Shown here: positions 38,741 through 48,407 of the stretch, piece by piece
How positions within the stretch are numbered: the first letter of the stretch is position 1
How the letters are laid out: every line of letters begins with the position of its first letter
Assembly (NCBI GenBank): GCA_965228855.1
Contig: CBDDIJ010000002.1
Span: forward strand, 1,344,001-1,408,000
DNA length: 64,000 bases
Direction of reading: 5' to 3'
Source of the DNA: Candidatus Obscuribacterales bacterium
GTDB taxonomy: Bacteria > Cyanobacteriota > Vampirovibrionia > Obscuribacterales > Obscuribacteraceae
Notes under the pieces: generated by a model
The model's database searches: none
Told to the model about the DNA's origin: nothing
Seen by the model: only the letters and a program-made list of their open reading frames with translations
Program-made: the position numbers and the translations under genes

Positions 38741-39808
38741 TTAAACAGCTGCTATACCGCTGAGGACCGGCTCGGGTGCAACGCTCTCTCCGCAGAGCAT
38801 CCGGGCTGGATTTTTCACCAGAAGCTGCTCGATGATCGAATCATCGATGCCTGCCTTTTTGAGGCGTGGAACGATCGCTCGCAAAATATGAGCGTAGCCA
38901 TATCCACCAAATTCAACCAAATGAATCTTGTTGCAAACGTCCTGCGAAATTAGAATGCGGTCCTGAAGCCCGGCTTCGATAAGATCTACTAGCAGATCGA
39001 CGCGCTCCCAATCCATCGGTTCGCGAGAGCCGCGCTCTCCAAAGGCGAATTCTGAACCGAATGTGTCGAGCTCGACATATGCGCCTCGTTGTGCGAGTTC
39101 CTTGACGTACTGCAGATCGTTGCTTTCGTCTACGTGACTCAGAACGACTCGATCGAGTGACGCGCCTTCTGTTTCCAGGTGAGTGAGAACGTTGTGACCG
39201 GCACGCGCGAAAATAGATAGGTGAACATTGATTGGAAGATTTGTCTGTTTTTGAACGCGAGCCGCAGCAGATAGCACTTTCAGCTCATTCTGATCGAGCG
39301 GTTCGCTTGTTCCCAGTTCTCCAATAATTCCAGCACGGACGTCTGTGTTATCGATTCCTTCCAGAATTTCCTTCAGCATAAAGTCTGCAATCTTTTCGAC
39401 GCATGCGTCCTCAATCCACTTGGGGTGCGCCTTGTTGACGTAGAAACCGGTGGAGGCAATGATATTAAGTCCGGTATCAGTCGCAATCTCGCGAAGCGCT
39501 TTTGGAAACGGTCCGATGTTTCTCGATGTCAAATCAATTACAGTTTTTCCGCCCAGCGCACTGAACTGTCCGAGCTCTCGAGCCGCCAGTTTCTTATCCG
39601 ACAGAACGAGGTTGTCTTTGGAGTGATAGGGATCGCTCATTAATTCGTCGCGCAGATCTTTCGAGACTAATTTGTCCGCGAGGTGTTTCCTTGCCGGATT
39701 GCGTGTTTGTGAAAACAAGCACTGCAAGTCGATCATGATGTGCTCGTGAACCAAAGTAATGCCAAGTTCACTTGCGTCGATCTGACCAGTTACTGTTTGA
39801 ATTTTCAT
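38741..39808 (-). CDS. Phosphotriesterase-related metallohydrolase (Php-like)
   Basis: TLVHEH, STGFY, GIIGELG (Glu at the bridging position), VH, SH, SQD, NPAR. Confidence 0.9.
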   Translation of the reverse strand: MKIQTVTGQIDASELGITLVHEHIMIDLQCLFSQTRNPARKHLADKLVSKDLRDELMSDPYHSKDNLVLSDKKLAARELGQFSALGGKTVIDLTSRNIGPFPKALREIATDTGLNIIASTGFYVNKAHPKWIEDACVEKIADFMLKEILEGIDNTDVRAGIIGELGTSEPLDQNELKVLSAAARVQKQTNLPINVHLSIFARAGHNVLTHLETEGASLDRVVLSHVDESNDLQYVKELAQRGAYVELDTFGSEFAFGERGSREPMDWERVDLLVDLIEAGLQDRILISQDVCNKIHLVEFGGYGYAHILRAIVPRLKKAGIDDSIIEQLLVKNPARMLCGESVAPEPVLSGIAAV

Positions 39809-39952
39809 TCGAAGTGTTTTGTCTGTAGGATGCCTTGGGTCGCAGCTCTGTTTGACGGCAGACCTCGCTCCCAGATTACATGGTCAACCTTGCGAACTGT
39901 TTTCGTTTTAGCTATCCTACGAAATTGTTTAAAATCCCAGCCTGGGCGGGAA

Positions 39953-41758
39953 TTGAGCTCTTCTGAACCAACCTCGATAAAGCAAAGAATTATTCTGACG
40001 TCAATCGTAGTCGGGATAGGGCTTTTGTCGTACCTGCCCTGTCTTGCTGAGCCCGCGATGGTCGCCTATTATTCAAAAAAGCTCCTGCCTGAAATGGCTT
40101 CATTTATTCCGGGTGCGCTTTTTCGATACAGCTGTTGGCTCGGGGCTGTAACTCTGGTTTTTGCAGTTTTTCACGACAAGCTCATATACGGTCTGCGTGA
40201 TCTCTCGTTTCGATCTAGAATCGTGACTTTGTCTGTCTTCGCGTTGCTGATGAACATTATGGTTCTGACACGCACCTGGCAGTTTCCATATTGTATCGAC
40301 GATGCCTACATCATCTTTCGATATGCAGACAACATGCTGCGTTTTGGAGTTCCCGATTACGACGTCGGCAGTCACGTCAACACAATTAGTTCACAACTTC
40401 ATTTCGCGATACTGGTGGCAACAGGGTTTCTGACCGGGCAACGTGATCTGCCTCTGGTGTCGCAGGGGATAAACCTTGGTCAAGAGCTTATCAGTTTGTG
40501 CTTGCTGTATGCGGTCATCAAACGTGGATTCAATTCGACGAAATTGGCTCTCTATGGCTGTGCGCTGCATGTCATGTCCGCCTACGCGATTCTCGAAGTT
40601 ATGCGAGGCAAAGAAGGACCTCTCGTCATCATGATGGTGTATCTCCTCATGTGGGCTCAGTTGTTTCAAAAGAAGCTCCTCGCCGTTTGGGTCTCGGCAT
40701 TGATGTGCCTGGTCCGGCCCGAGGGTGTTTTAGTGGCGATGACTTCGTTTCTCTTCGACGCCCGGGAACACGTGCGCTCTCCGGTCAAGATGCTAGTAAC
40801 GTGGGCGCCTCCATTCATGCTTGTTGTCATGGTCTTCATCGGTTGTTATCTGTATTACGGAACAGCGATGCTGCAGGGAATTCTTGCAAAGTCCGTTATT
40901 TATCATGCACCACCGATGGTGTGCATTGCGAGTTTGTCTTCGCAGCTAACTACGTCGCTGGCGGGATTGCCCTATTGGGCTTACGACTTGCTTGGTCCGT
41001 TGATTCTGATGTTCATTTATGGACTTACGGTCGTGCTTTTATGGCGATATGAATTTCTGCGCATTTATATCGTCTCGATCTTTCTGCTCACCGGATTTTT
41101 CGGTGCCGGAAATGCATTTATGAATGCCTTCCCCTGGTATATGTCCTGGTGGGCGCCGCTTGTGCCGCTGCTTTATGTCGGTCTTATCAGTTTTTTGAAA
41201 GAGCAGGGCAAAGGCGATTCCACAAAAATTGTCCAGAGTATTGTAATCGCTTTCAGTCTGGTAGTTGTTCCTCTTCGATCTTATCTCTGGGCACCGTTTT
41301 CAGAGGTTGTTTCTCCTCTGCCAATCTTTTATTGGGACAACATCGATGACCGGCTTCGCATATATGAGGTGGCGCGCAAATATTTGAATAAGGTAGCGAA
41401 GAAAACCGACACCTGTGCAGTGGTGGAGGTTGGCGTGATTGGCTACGGTTGCGATAGCAAAATCTTCGACTTGCTTGGTCTGGTTTCACCCGACGCGTTG
41501 AAACTATATCCGGTGCCAAAAGATAAAAGAGCGGAATGTGGTTTGTCCATACCACCTCAGTATGCCAGGCTTTACAAGCCGGAGCGCATTCTGTTTCTCG
41601 ACTGTTTTGGTCGGAATGGGATTTTGGAAGATGAGTATTTTAAACGAAATTACACGCTCGAATGGTTCTGGGAAAACAATGCGTTTGGCAGTCTGGGTGT
41701 GGTTCTTTATAAACGAATCCCTACCGATTCGCCGCCGAAGCAGGCTGAAAATCGATAG
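39953..41758 (+). CDS. GT-C-like membrane glycosyltransferase (AftB-like DDAY motif)
   Basis: IDDAYIIFRYADN, GKE, VRPEG, FPWY, GVIGY, DLLGLVSP. Start uncertain (TTG 39953 or ATG 39830). Confidence 0.7.
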   Translation: MSSSEPTSIKQRIILTSIVVGIGLLSYLPCLAEPAMVAYYSKKLLPEMASFIPGALFRYSCWLGAVTLVFAVFHDKLIYGLRDLSFRSRIVTLSVFALLMNIMVLTRTWQFPYCIDDAYIIFRYADNMLRFGVPDYDVGSHVNTISSQLHFAILVATGFLTGQRDLPLVSQGINLGQELISLCLLYAVIKRGFNSTKLALYGCALHVMSAYAILEVMRGKEGPLVIMMVYLLMWAQLFQKKLLAVWVSALMCLVRPEGVLVAMTSFLFDAREHVRSPVKMLVTWAPPFMLVVMVFIGCYLYYGTAMLQGILAKSVIYHAPPMVCIASLSSQLTTSLAGLPYWAYDLLGPLILMFIYGLTVVLLWRYEFLRIYIVSIFLLTGFFGAGNAFMNAFPWYMSWWAPLVPLLYVGLISFLKEQGKGDSTKIVQSIVIAFSLVVVPLRSYLWAPFSEVVSPLPIFYWDNIDDRLRIYEVARKYLNKVAKKTDTCAVVEVGVIGYGCDSKIFDLLGLVSPDALKLYPVPKDKRAECGLSIPPQYARLYKPERILFLDCFGRNGILEDEYFKRNYTLEWFWENNAFGSLGVVLYKRIPTDSPPKQAENR

Positions 41759-41785
41759 GGATTGTTTGAATCAGTTGAAAGGCTT

Positions 41786-42277
41786 TTAGCGAAGATTCTT
41801 CAGCAGACCTACGCCCAAACCGACTGCAGCACCGGCGACAGCCGTCTGGGTCGTCTTCTTCGCAGTGCCGTGCCCTCTGTGCGTGGCCAGTCCCAAGCCT
41901 GCGCCGACCAGGGTGCCCTGGGCTACGTCTTTCATTACCGGATGGCGTTTCATCGTCTCGCTCGATTGAAGCAATCCGACACCAGTGCCTGTTCCGGCGC
42001 CAAGTGCAGCTCCTCGGAGCACGCCTTTGCCGGTAACTAAACCGCCGACCGCTCCTACTCCTGCGCCGACTCCAGCGCCGATGGTCGCGCTTTTAACTTT
42101 AGGGTGAGCGTTAAAATACTGTTTGGTTGCACTGGTCTTTGCCGTGCCTTTCGATGCCGAACCGCTCAAATACTTGGTTTGCGCATCTGCCGGGCTCAGA
42201 GTAAATAGACCTGCTACCAGAGCCGCAATGGCGGTCGCTGAAATTTTGCTTGTGAGAGTCATCGTTGCCACTTTCAT
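41786..42277 (-). CDS. Secreted glycine-zipper protein
   Basis: AGGAGG RBS, signal peptide, repeated GAxxGAxxG zippers. Confidence 0.75.
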   Translation of the reverse strand: MKVATMTLTSKISATAIAALVAGLFTLSPADAQTKYLSGSASKGTAKTSATKQYFNAHPKVKSATIGAGVGAGVGAVGGLVTGKGVLRGAALGAGTGTGVGLLQSSETMKRHPVMKDVAQGTLVGAGLGLATHRGHGTAKKTTQTAVAGAAVGLGVGLLKNLR

Positions 42278-42504
42278 TCGTCCTCCTGACTAGCAGGTTC
42301 ACCCTGCCTTACCCGCTGAGGGATTTTGACGATACTATGATTTTTTCGTTCCGCAGTGGGAATCAACGCGGGCGATGAGACGCTCTTAATCTTGTCTGCT
42401 TGACTGCTGTAAACCTTGATGAATAGCTGTTTTTGAGTCAGTGTTCGATCTGGAATTCATCTGTCAGCCGGAACATATTTATAGGCAATACTATATGATT
42501 TACC

Positions 42505-42630
42505 GGTTGGATGTTGCTGATAATCAGCCGCATCCAGGGTTGTCTCTGTGAGACACCGCCTCGCGACGAGTTTGATTGCGAGTAGCCAGCGCGCCGGTCT
42601 CTCAGTGGCGACGCGGCGAAGCATCCATCC
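42505..42630 (+). ncRNA. Structured rod-like RNA: short 6S-RNA-like gene or gcvT leader switch
   Basis: Nested pairings: GGTTGGATGTT/AGCATCCATCC, GCCGC/GCGGC, GTTGTC/GGCGAC, CTG-GAGAC/GTCTC-CAG, CTCGCGA/TTGCGAG. TATGAT -10 at 42494-42499. Confidence 0.5.
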
Positions 42631-42655
42631 TAAGCCTCTTTTCGGAGCCAATAAA

Positions 42656-43774
42656 ATGACCACGACAAGCCTGAAAGAAACCCCTCTGGTCGACGCCCAC
42701 CGCGCCCTCAACGGCAGGATGGTCGATTTCGCCGGTTGGAATATGCCGGTTCAATACAAATCAATTGTTACTGAGCACATGGCGACCCGCACCAATGTGG
42801 GTTTGTTTGATGTTTCGCATATGGGCGAGTTTCTGATCGAGGGCGATAGAGCAGGTGAATTTCTGCAATATCTAGTTCCGAACGATGTTTTGAAACTGAC
42901 GCCGAATAAGGCTTTATACACGCAAATGGCGCGGGAGGATGGTACCACCGTTGATGACCTGATCATCTATAGGCAGGATAAACCGAATCGCCCAACCTAT
43001 TACATGGCGGTCGTTAACGCTTCGAACATCGATAAAGACTGGAAATGGTTTAACCAGGTAGTTAAAAAGTTCGATGGCGTTACTCTGAAGAATATTTCTG
43101 ATGATATGGGTTTGCTTGCATTGCAGGGACCAAAAGCTATTGAGATGTTCGCTGAGATTGCTGGTGCGCAGGTCAAAGAGCTGGGATCGTTCAACTACGG
43201 TGAAGCCACTATCGATGGTATTACGATTGGGTTCGGACGAACAGGCTACACAGGAGAAGACGGTTTCGAGATTTTTGTAGAAGCGGCTAAGACCGAGTGG
43301 CTATGGAAGCTGCTGCTTGATAAAGGGGCTAAATACGGGATCGAACCGTGCGGTCTGGGTGCACGTGATACCCTCCGGCTCGAGGCCGGTTTGCCCCTTT
43401 ACGGTCATGAACTGACCGACGAAATCAGCCCTGTGGAAGCCGGTCTCGAGTGGAGTGTCAAGTTCAAAAAAGGTGACTTCCTCGGACGAGATGTAATGTT
43501 GAAGCAGAAAGAAGGTGAGATCACTAAAAAGGTCGTTTGCCTCAAAGCCGAAGGAAAAGCGCTTCCCCGTCAAGACTATGATGTATACGATGGTTCGAAG
43601 CACGTCGGGAAGGTGACGAGCGGCAGCCAGGGAATTTTTGTTGGATACCCAATCGCATTCGCGCTCGTTGACCCCTCATGCACGCAAATCGGTAAAGAAT
43701 TATCTATCGAGATTCGTGGGAAACAAGTGCCGGCGCATGTAGTGGAGCGTCCATTCTACAAGCGAGCAAAATAG
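42656..43774 (+). CDS. gcvT: Glycine cleavage system aminomethyltransferase T
   Basis: DFAGWNMPVQY, GLFDVSHMGE, RTGYTGEDGFE, GLGARDTLRLEAG, terminal PFYKR. Confidence 0.97.
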   Translation: MTTTSLKETPLVDAHRALNGRMVDFAGWNMPVQYKSIVTEHMATRTNVGLFDVSHMGEFLIEGDRAGEFLQYLVPNDVLKLTPNKALYTQMAREDGTTVDDLIIYRQDKPNRPTYYMAVVNASNIDKDWKWFNQVVKKFDGVTLKNISDDMGLLALQGPKAIEMFAEIAGAQVKELGSFNYGEATIDGITIGFGRTGYTGEDGFEIFVEAAKTEWLWKLLLDKGAKYGIEPCGLGARDTLRLEAGLPLYGHELTDEISPVEAGLEWSVKFKKGDFLGRDVMLKQKEGEITKKVVCLKAEGKALPRQDYDVYDGSKHVGKVTSGSQGIFVGYPIAFALVDPSCTQIGKELSIEIRGKQVPAHVVERPFYKRAK

Positions 43775-46315
43775 TTGAGCGGGAGATTCCACCCGAGCTT
43801 CAAGCACTGGTTTCTCGCGTCTATCGCTTTGATCGGTGTGACGTTTCTAGCTTGGAACAATGCGCTCAGTGGATACTTTATAGCCGATGACGCCTGGCAT
43901 GTGCCGCTTGTCGAGCGTGCGCTCTCGGGTGAACCCGGATTGCTGTTTCGGCAGTTTGTGTCGCCATATTCGTTCCACGAGAGTTTATATAGAATGTATC
44001 GTCCGCTGACGGACTTTAGCTTCGCTCTCGATTGTTTTCTATGGAAGGGAAACGCTTTCGGCTATCACCTGCAAAACCTGATCTGGCACGCGATATCGGC
44101 CTGTCTGGTGTTCGCATTGTCGCGCTCGTTGTTAGTTTATGTCGTACTTCGCGACGTCGATAAATACGATCCACTTGTTTTATGGAAGATACCGCTTATG
44201 GTGTCACTACTGTTTGTGGTCTATCCAGGCCATGCCGAACCCGTGTGCTGGGCGCTCCCTCGTATTGACCTGATTGGAGCTGCCTTCACTTTTCTCTCAC
44301 TCACATGCGTGCTTGAGTTTTTCGAGCGCCCGTACAAAAAAATCTGGTTCATTGCAGCTGTAGTGTCGATGTTTTTCGGCTTGATGATCAAGGAGATGAG
44401 TGCTTCAATTCCGTTCGTCACAGTCGCGTTGTATTTGATTACCAGGCACTCAAGAGGTTCTGAGAGCGGGAATCGTGTGAGACTGTTTTTCACAGACGCA
44501 CTGACAGGCATAAAACTCGTTTGGCCAATGTTTGTCTTGCTTGTTATCTACCTCGCTCACCGCGCCTTCTCTCTTGGTTCACTCATCGGCGGTTATCAGG
44601 GAACTATTGGTGCGAGTTTAAACAGCTCATTTCTGCCGCGCCTGTTTAGCATAGAAGCCTGCTGGCGACTGTTTCATCCTGTCAATGAAAACGTTCTCGG
44701 TTCGAGCAGCACGCAAGATTTTTTGATTCGAGTCATATATCTACTGTTCGCGCTGCTCCTGCTTTTAAGCACAAAGTCGGATTGTTTCCAAACCAGACTG
44801 CGTGGAGCCGGGAAGCTTTTGTTTCTGCTACTTGTAATGGTTTTGCCTTGTTTGCAAATATGGGGCGTGACTGGTGGCTTGATTGGTGCGCGCCACGCGT
44901 ATACGCTCTGTGTGCCGTTCATTCTGGCGGTAATAGTTCTCGTCTATCCAATCACGTCAGAACGCTCTACCAGGATCACTCGTTTACGTCGCGCCGCGAC
45001 TGCGGTTGTCTGGGCAGCGTTCATGCTTTTCCTTTCGATGTCTCAGCAATACGCGAAAGCCTGGAGTGAGGCGACCGGTCAGATAAGTAAATTGAGAAAC
45101 GAAATCGAAGAGCATGCGCTCTCACTGTCAGAAAATCATAAGCTGGTCGTTGCCGGCTTGCCGACGGGCATCAAGGGGTTCTGCGCGTTTTACACTATCG
45201 ACTTTTTACCTGGTCTCTTGATGCCACCACTCTCGAGGCACGATGTTCGCTCGAAGGTCATCTGCATTGATGGCACTCCGACAAACGACACTGTGATTAA
45301 CAGGTCTCTCCTTAAGCATGTCCTCCGGGACGAGTCCTGCGATTTCAACGTCTGGGTTAATAGCGAGCAGCATTTCGTCAGTTTGCACATTCCAATTTTG
45401 GAATATCCCCTGGCTGATCGAAGTCTAGAAATTCAAGAGAGCGGAACATTTGCTCGCCATCGTGAAGTGGCGGACGGTACGACGTTTTTTGGAAATAAAA
45501 CGGCCGGAGATGAATTACAAAGTTTTATTCTCCGGTCCGCAGAGAAAACTGATCCGATGGATTTCGAAGTGCTTGAGTTGAAAGTGACGTGTGAGGATGG
45601 TAAGCCGATTGAGCCAGCTGGCCCGCTTTCCGTTCTCTTCCCTGATGAGCAGAATGTGACTGAGCCTTTTTCTTTGAATAAAAGTACGCTGCTGCGACAG
45701 GGGCGATATGGTTGGGTTTCATGGAGCGGTGCTTTGAACAACCAGGGCGAGAGTGCCCTTCCTGTCTACTTCCCGGTATTTACGGATCAAAAGTCGCGGA
45801 CCTACAAGATCAATTTGACGCAGTATAAAAACTGGTTATTTTCAGGAGCCTCGGATCGATTTCGAATCGATCTGCCGGCTCGCTACGGAAAGTTCAAAAT
45901 AGAGTCCGCCCTGCTAAAACAGGCGAGTGACTACATTCCGGAGCTTTCCTTTGCCGGAAAAGGAAAGCTGGAAACCAACGGACTATATGCAACTTCGGCT
46001 GCGGAAATGTCGTTTTCATATGATGCAACGAAAATCCCCGATGGCAAAAAGGTCCTGGTGGAAGTGTCTCTTCCGTATTATGAATTTCACGTGCAGCCGC
46101 ACACATACAGGGAAAGCGCACGAAGTGAGTATGTGTCGTATACAACTGAATTAGACGAATTATCCGGTACGTTTGTGATGCCACCGCAAGTGGTGAGCAA
46201 GCCGGCGTACTATCAGGTCAGAATCTGCGCGATTGATGGCAATGGCGATCCAATTGGGTCGTTTTCGGATCCGGTCACTGTCTCGAATGTCGTGTTGCCG
46301 CTTGGCTGTTTTTAA
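43775..46315 (+). CDS. GT-C-like polytopic membrane protein with a large periplasmic C-terminus
   Basis: GYFIADD, MYRPL, GYHLQNLIWH, HAEPV, IKE. TTG directly after the gcvT stop. Confidence 0.7.
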   Translation: MSGRFHPSFKHWFLASIALIGVTFLAWNNALSGYFIADDAWHVPLVERALSGEPGLLFRQFVSPYSFHESLYRMYRPLTDFSFALDCFLWKGNAFGYHLQNLIWHAISACLVFALSRSLLVYVVLRDVDKYDPLVLWKIPLMVSLLFVVYPGHAEPVCWALPRIDLIGAAFTFLSLTCVLEFFERPYKKIWFIAAVVSMFFGLMIKEMSASIPFVTVALYLITRHSRGSESGNRVRLFFTDALTGIKLVWPMFVLLVIYLAHRAFSLGSLIGGYQGTIGASLNSSFLPRLFSIEACWRLFHPVNENVLGSSSTQDFLIRVIYLLFALLLLLSTKSDCFQTRLRGAGKLLFLLLVMVLPCLQIWGVTGGLIGARHAYTLCVPFILAVIVLVYPITSERSTRITRLRRAATAVVWAAFMLFLSMSQQYAKAWSEATGQISKLRNEIEEHALSLSENHKLVVAGLPTGIKGFCAFYTIDFLPGLLMPPLSRHDVRSKVICIDGTPTNDTVINRSLLKHVLRDESCDFNVWVNSEQHFVSLHIPILEYPLADRSLEIQESGTFARHREVADGTTFFGNKTAGDELQSFILRSAEKTDPMDFEVLELKVTCEDGKPIEPAGPLSVLFPDEQNVTEPFSLNKSTLLRQGRYGWVSWSGALNNQGESALPVYFPVFTDQKSRTYKINLTQYKNWLFSGASDRFRIDLPARYGKFKIESALLKQASDYIPELSFAGKGKLETNGLYATSAAEMSFSYDATKIPDGKKVLVEVSLPYYEFHVQPHTYRESARSEYVSYTTELDELSGTFVMPPQVVSKPAYYQVRICAIDGNGDPIGSFSDPVTVSNVVLPLGCF

Positions 46316-46687
46316 ATGGTCGCGATTGGCAACGTGACTTATATTATGGAGCCTGCGCAAATTAGTAAGCAGCTCTGGTTAAATGGTGCGTTTCGAGCCT
46401 AGCAGAGAGCGCAATATATGAACATTGCTGTCGATAGAAAAAATCCGCCGAAGGCAAGTGCATCGGACAGTACGGCGCTGCGTCTCATTGTTCGTAACAT
46501 AACTTCCACCTTTCTAGTTGGGTACCTAAGTGATGTTGCTTTTGGCGATTCTGTTCCCAACTTCTTATTTTTGACGTAAGAGTGACTACGTGGGAGACAT
46601 CGGTCTTAGGTGGAAGTCAAGCAGAAGTTTTTCAATGAAAATATCTCTGCGAATTCGTTTTAAAGAGCTGTGATTAATGATCGCACT

Positions 46688-46696
46688 TGCTAAGAT
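46688..46696 (+). promoter_or_regulatory. Extended -10 promoter of gcvH
   Basis: TG-C-TAAGAT about 70 nt before the gcvH ATG, followed by a hairpin at 46707-46726 and an AAGGAG RBS. Confidence 0.5.
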
Positions 46697-46763
46697 CAGA
46701 GTTTATCGGGGCGAGTTGTCGCTCCGTACCCACTGTTCGCCCCATTGAAAGGAGCTAGGCATC

Positions 46764-47150
46764 ATGACCCTTGCGTATCCGTCTCAGCTGAAATACGTAA
46801 AGTCCCATGAATACGTGCGCGTCGAGGGCGACGTAGCGGTAATAGGGATCACCGCATTCGCCGCGGACCAGTTGGGCGACGTGACATTTGTAGAACTGCC
46901 TAAAGTGGGTGACAAGTTCAAACTCGAGCAGAAGTTTGGTGTAATCGAGTCTGTGAAGTCGGTTTCCGACCTGTTTATGCCACTATCCGGCGAAATCACC
47001 GCTATCAACGAGCGCCTCGAAGGCGAGCCGGAACTCGTTAACGTCGACTGTTACGGCGAAGGTTGGATGATCAAGGTAAAGATCTCGGATACCGCCGAAC
47101 TCGATGCTACCTTGACTGCAGACCAATACAAAGAGTTCGTCGTTGAGTAG
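46764..47150 (+). CDS. gcvH: Glycine cleavage system H protein
   Basis: SHEY, GITAFAADQLGD, lipoyl motif ESVKSVSDL, YGEGW. Confidence 0.97.
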   Translation: MTLAYPSQLKYVKSHEYVRVEGDVAVIGITAFAADQLGDVTFVELPKVGDKFKLEQKFGVIESVKSVSDLFMPLSGEITAINERLEGEPELVNVDCYGEGWMIKVKISDTAELDATLTADQYKEFVVE

Positions 47151-47256
47151 AAGCTGATTCAAACTGCTTAACGAGAAAACGAACGAACAATTAATTTCGC
47201 CAGTCCCCCGACAAGTGCGGCTTACAATGCCGTTATTCAGAGTTGGGGGACTCGTT

Positions 47257-47550
47257 ATGAAAAAGGTTGCATTGGCTACGTCGGTATTCACCTTCGCGAT
47301 CTGGCTTGGCGTATCCTCTTTGCTTCTTGCGCCTGTTGTTGAAGCCGCTGCTCAAGGCGACGTTGTCGCAATGAGTTTGGAAGACGAAAAGAAAACCTTC
47401 CGTCCGGTAGAATTCAGCGCCGAAGTGAAAATGGATGAGACTTCTAAAGTCGCAAACAAGATTGAGTTGAACGTCGTTCAAAAACTTGATCGTGCTAAGT
47501 CCGACATGATTCAAGTCTGCGGAAGCCGCAATCCGGCTGCCGTTCGCTAG
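47257..47550 (+). CDS. Small secreted hypothetical protein
   Basis: GGGGGA RBS, MKKVAL signal peptide ending VEA. Confidence 0.55.
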   Translation: MKKVALATSVFTFAIWLGVSSLLLAPVVEAAAQGDVVAMSLEDEKKTFRPVEFSAEVKMDETSKVANKIELNVVQKLDRAKSDMIQVCGSRNPAAVR

Positions 47551-48302
47551 TTGTCATCTTCTTCGAACAAAGGCTTCTCTTCTTCGGAAGCCGCATTCAT
47601 TTCTTCGGGAGTGGCTACATGAGTCGCTCCCGAATCTAGTTTGAGTTTCGATGGCTTGGTGTTCTCTTCCAAAATTTCTTGCGCGAGGTGGAAAAAGCGC
47701 GAGCCGGGAGTGATTTTGCTCAGCTGTGATAGCGCAGCCTGGTCTTCGGAATTTGCCTCGAGTTTAGTCAGCGCATCAAGGTAAAGCGCCTGATTCAACA
47801 ACTCATTCGGATTTGCCCCGACGAATCCCGAGAAGAAATCCGGTACGGGATTCTTTTTCAAGATTGTGATTGCAGCTTTGTAGTTGTGCTGATTGATGCT
47901 TTGTTTTGCCATGTGCGTGATGTAGATGCGCATCAAGCCGGTAGTGAAACCGCCGACGGCAAGCAGCAATCCGATGGCGAGAAATAAATCAAAAAGCATC
48001 GGCTGTTTGAAGCGCCGCTGCGGAGGTACTTGATCCAGTACCGTGTCAAGCATCCTGTAATGGTGTTGAGGCGGTGGTGGCAGGGCACCATCTTCGGTGC
48101 CAAAGAATTCACTTGGTTTGCCGGCAATCGAAGTCGCTTGCTTCTTGCGTTCTTGAATGGACAGTAACTCTTCAGGCGTCAAGGCAATCGGATCGGCAGT
48201 ATCATCCAAACGCGCTACCCCCGGTTTTTCGGAGGTGTTATCGTCTGATTCGATTTTGTTCGCTTCGTCCGTGTTCTCGACCGGCTTGGACTCTGATTCC
48301 AC
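47547..48302 (-). CDS. Hypothetical single-pass membrane protein with TPR-like helices
   Basis: Acidic disordered N-terminus, one TM (LFLAIGLLLAVGGF), helical C-terminal part. Confidence 0.65.
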   Translation of the reverse strand: MESESKPVENTDEANKIESDDNTSEKPGVARLDDTADPIALTPEELLSIQERKKQATSIAGKPSEFFGTEDGALPPPPQHHYRMLDTVLDQVPPQRRFKQPMLFDLFLAIGLLLAVGGFTTGLMRIYITHMAKQSINQHNYKAAITILKKNPVPDFFSGFVGANPNELLNQALYLDALTKLEANSEDQAALSQLSKITPGSRFFHLAQEILEENTKPSKLKLDSGATHVATPEEMNAASEEEKPLFEEDDN

Positions 48303-48407
48303 CGCCTAACCCTCGATACGCGACTCAAGTAGAGGTGTTTTCACGGAGCTGAAGGGTCGCGCTCCGATAACTTCTACATTATCATGGCAATCGGCGGAAT
48401 AAAGACC

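Noticed and set aside
46401..46495. Intact glycine riboswitch upstream of gcvH
   Set aside because: AGAGAG and CCGCCGAAGG are present, but the pairing CUCUCAGG strand and a convincing P1 are missing, and a closer promoter precedes gcvH.
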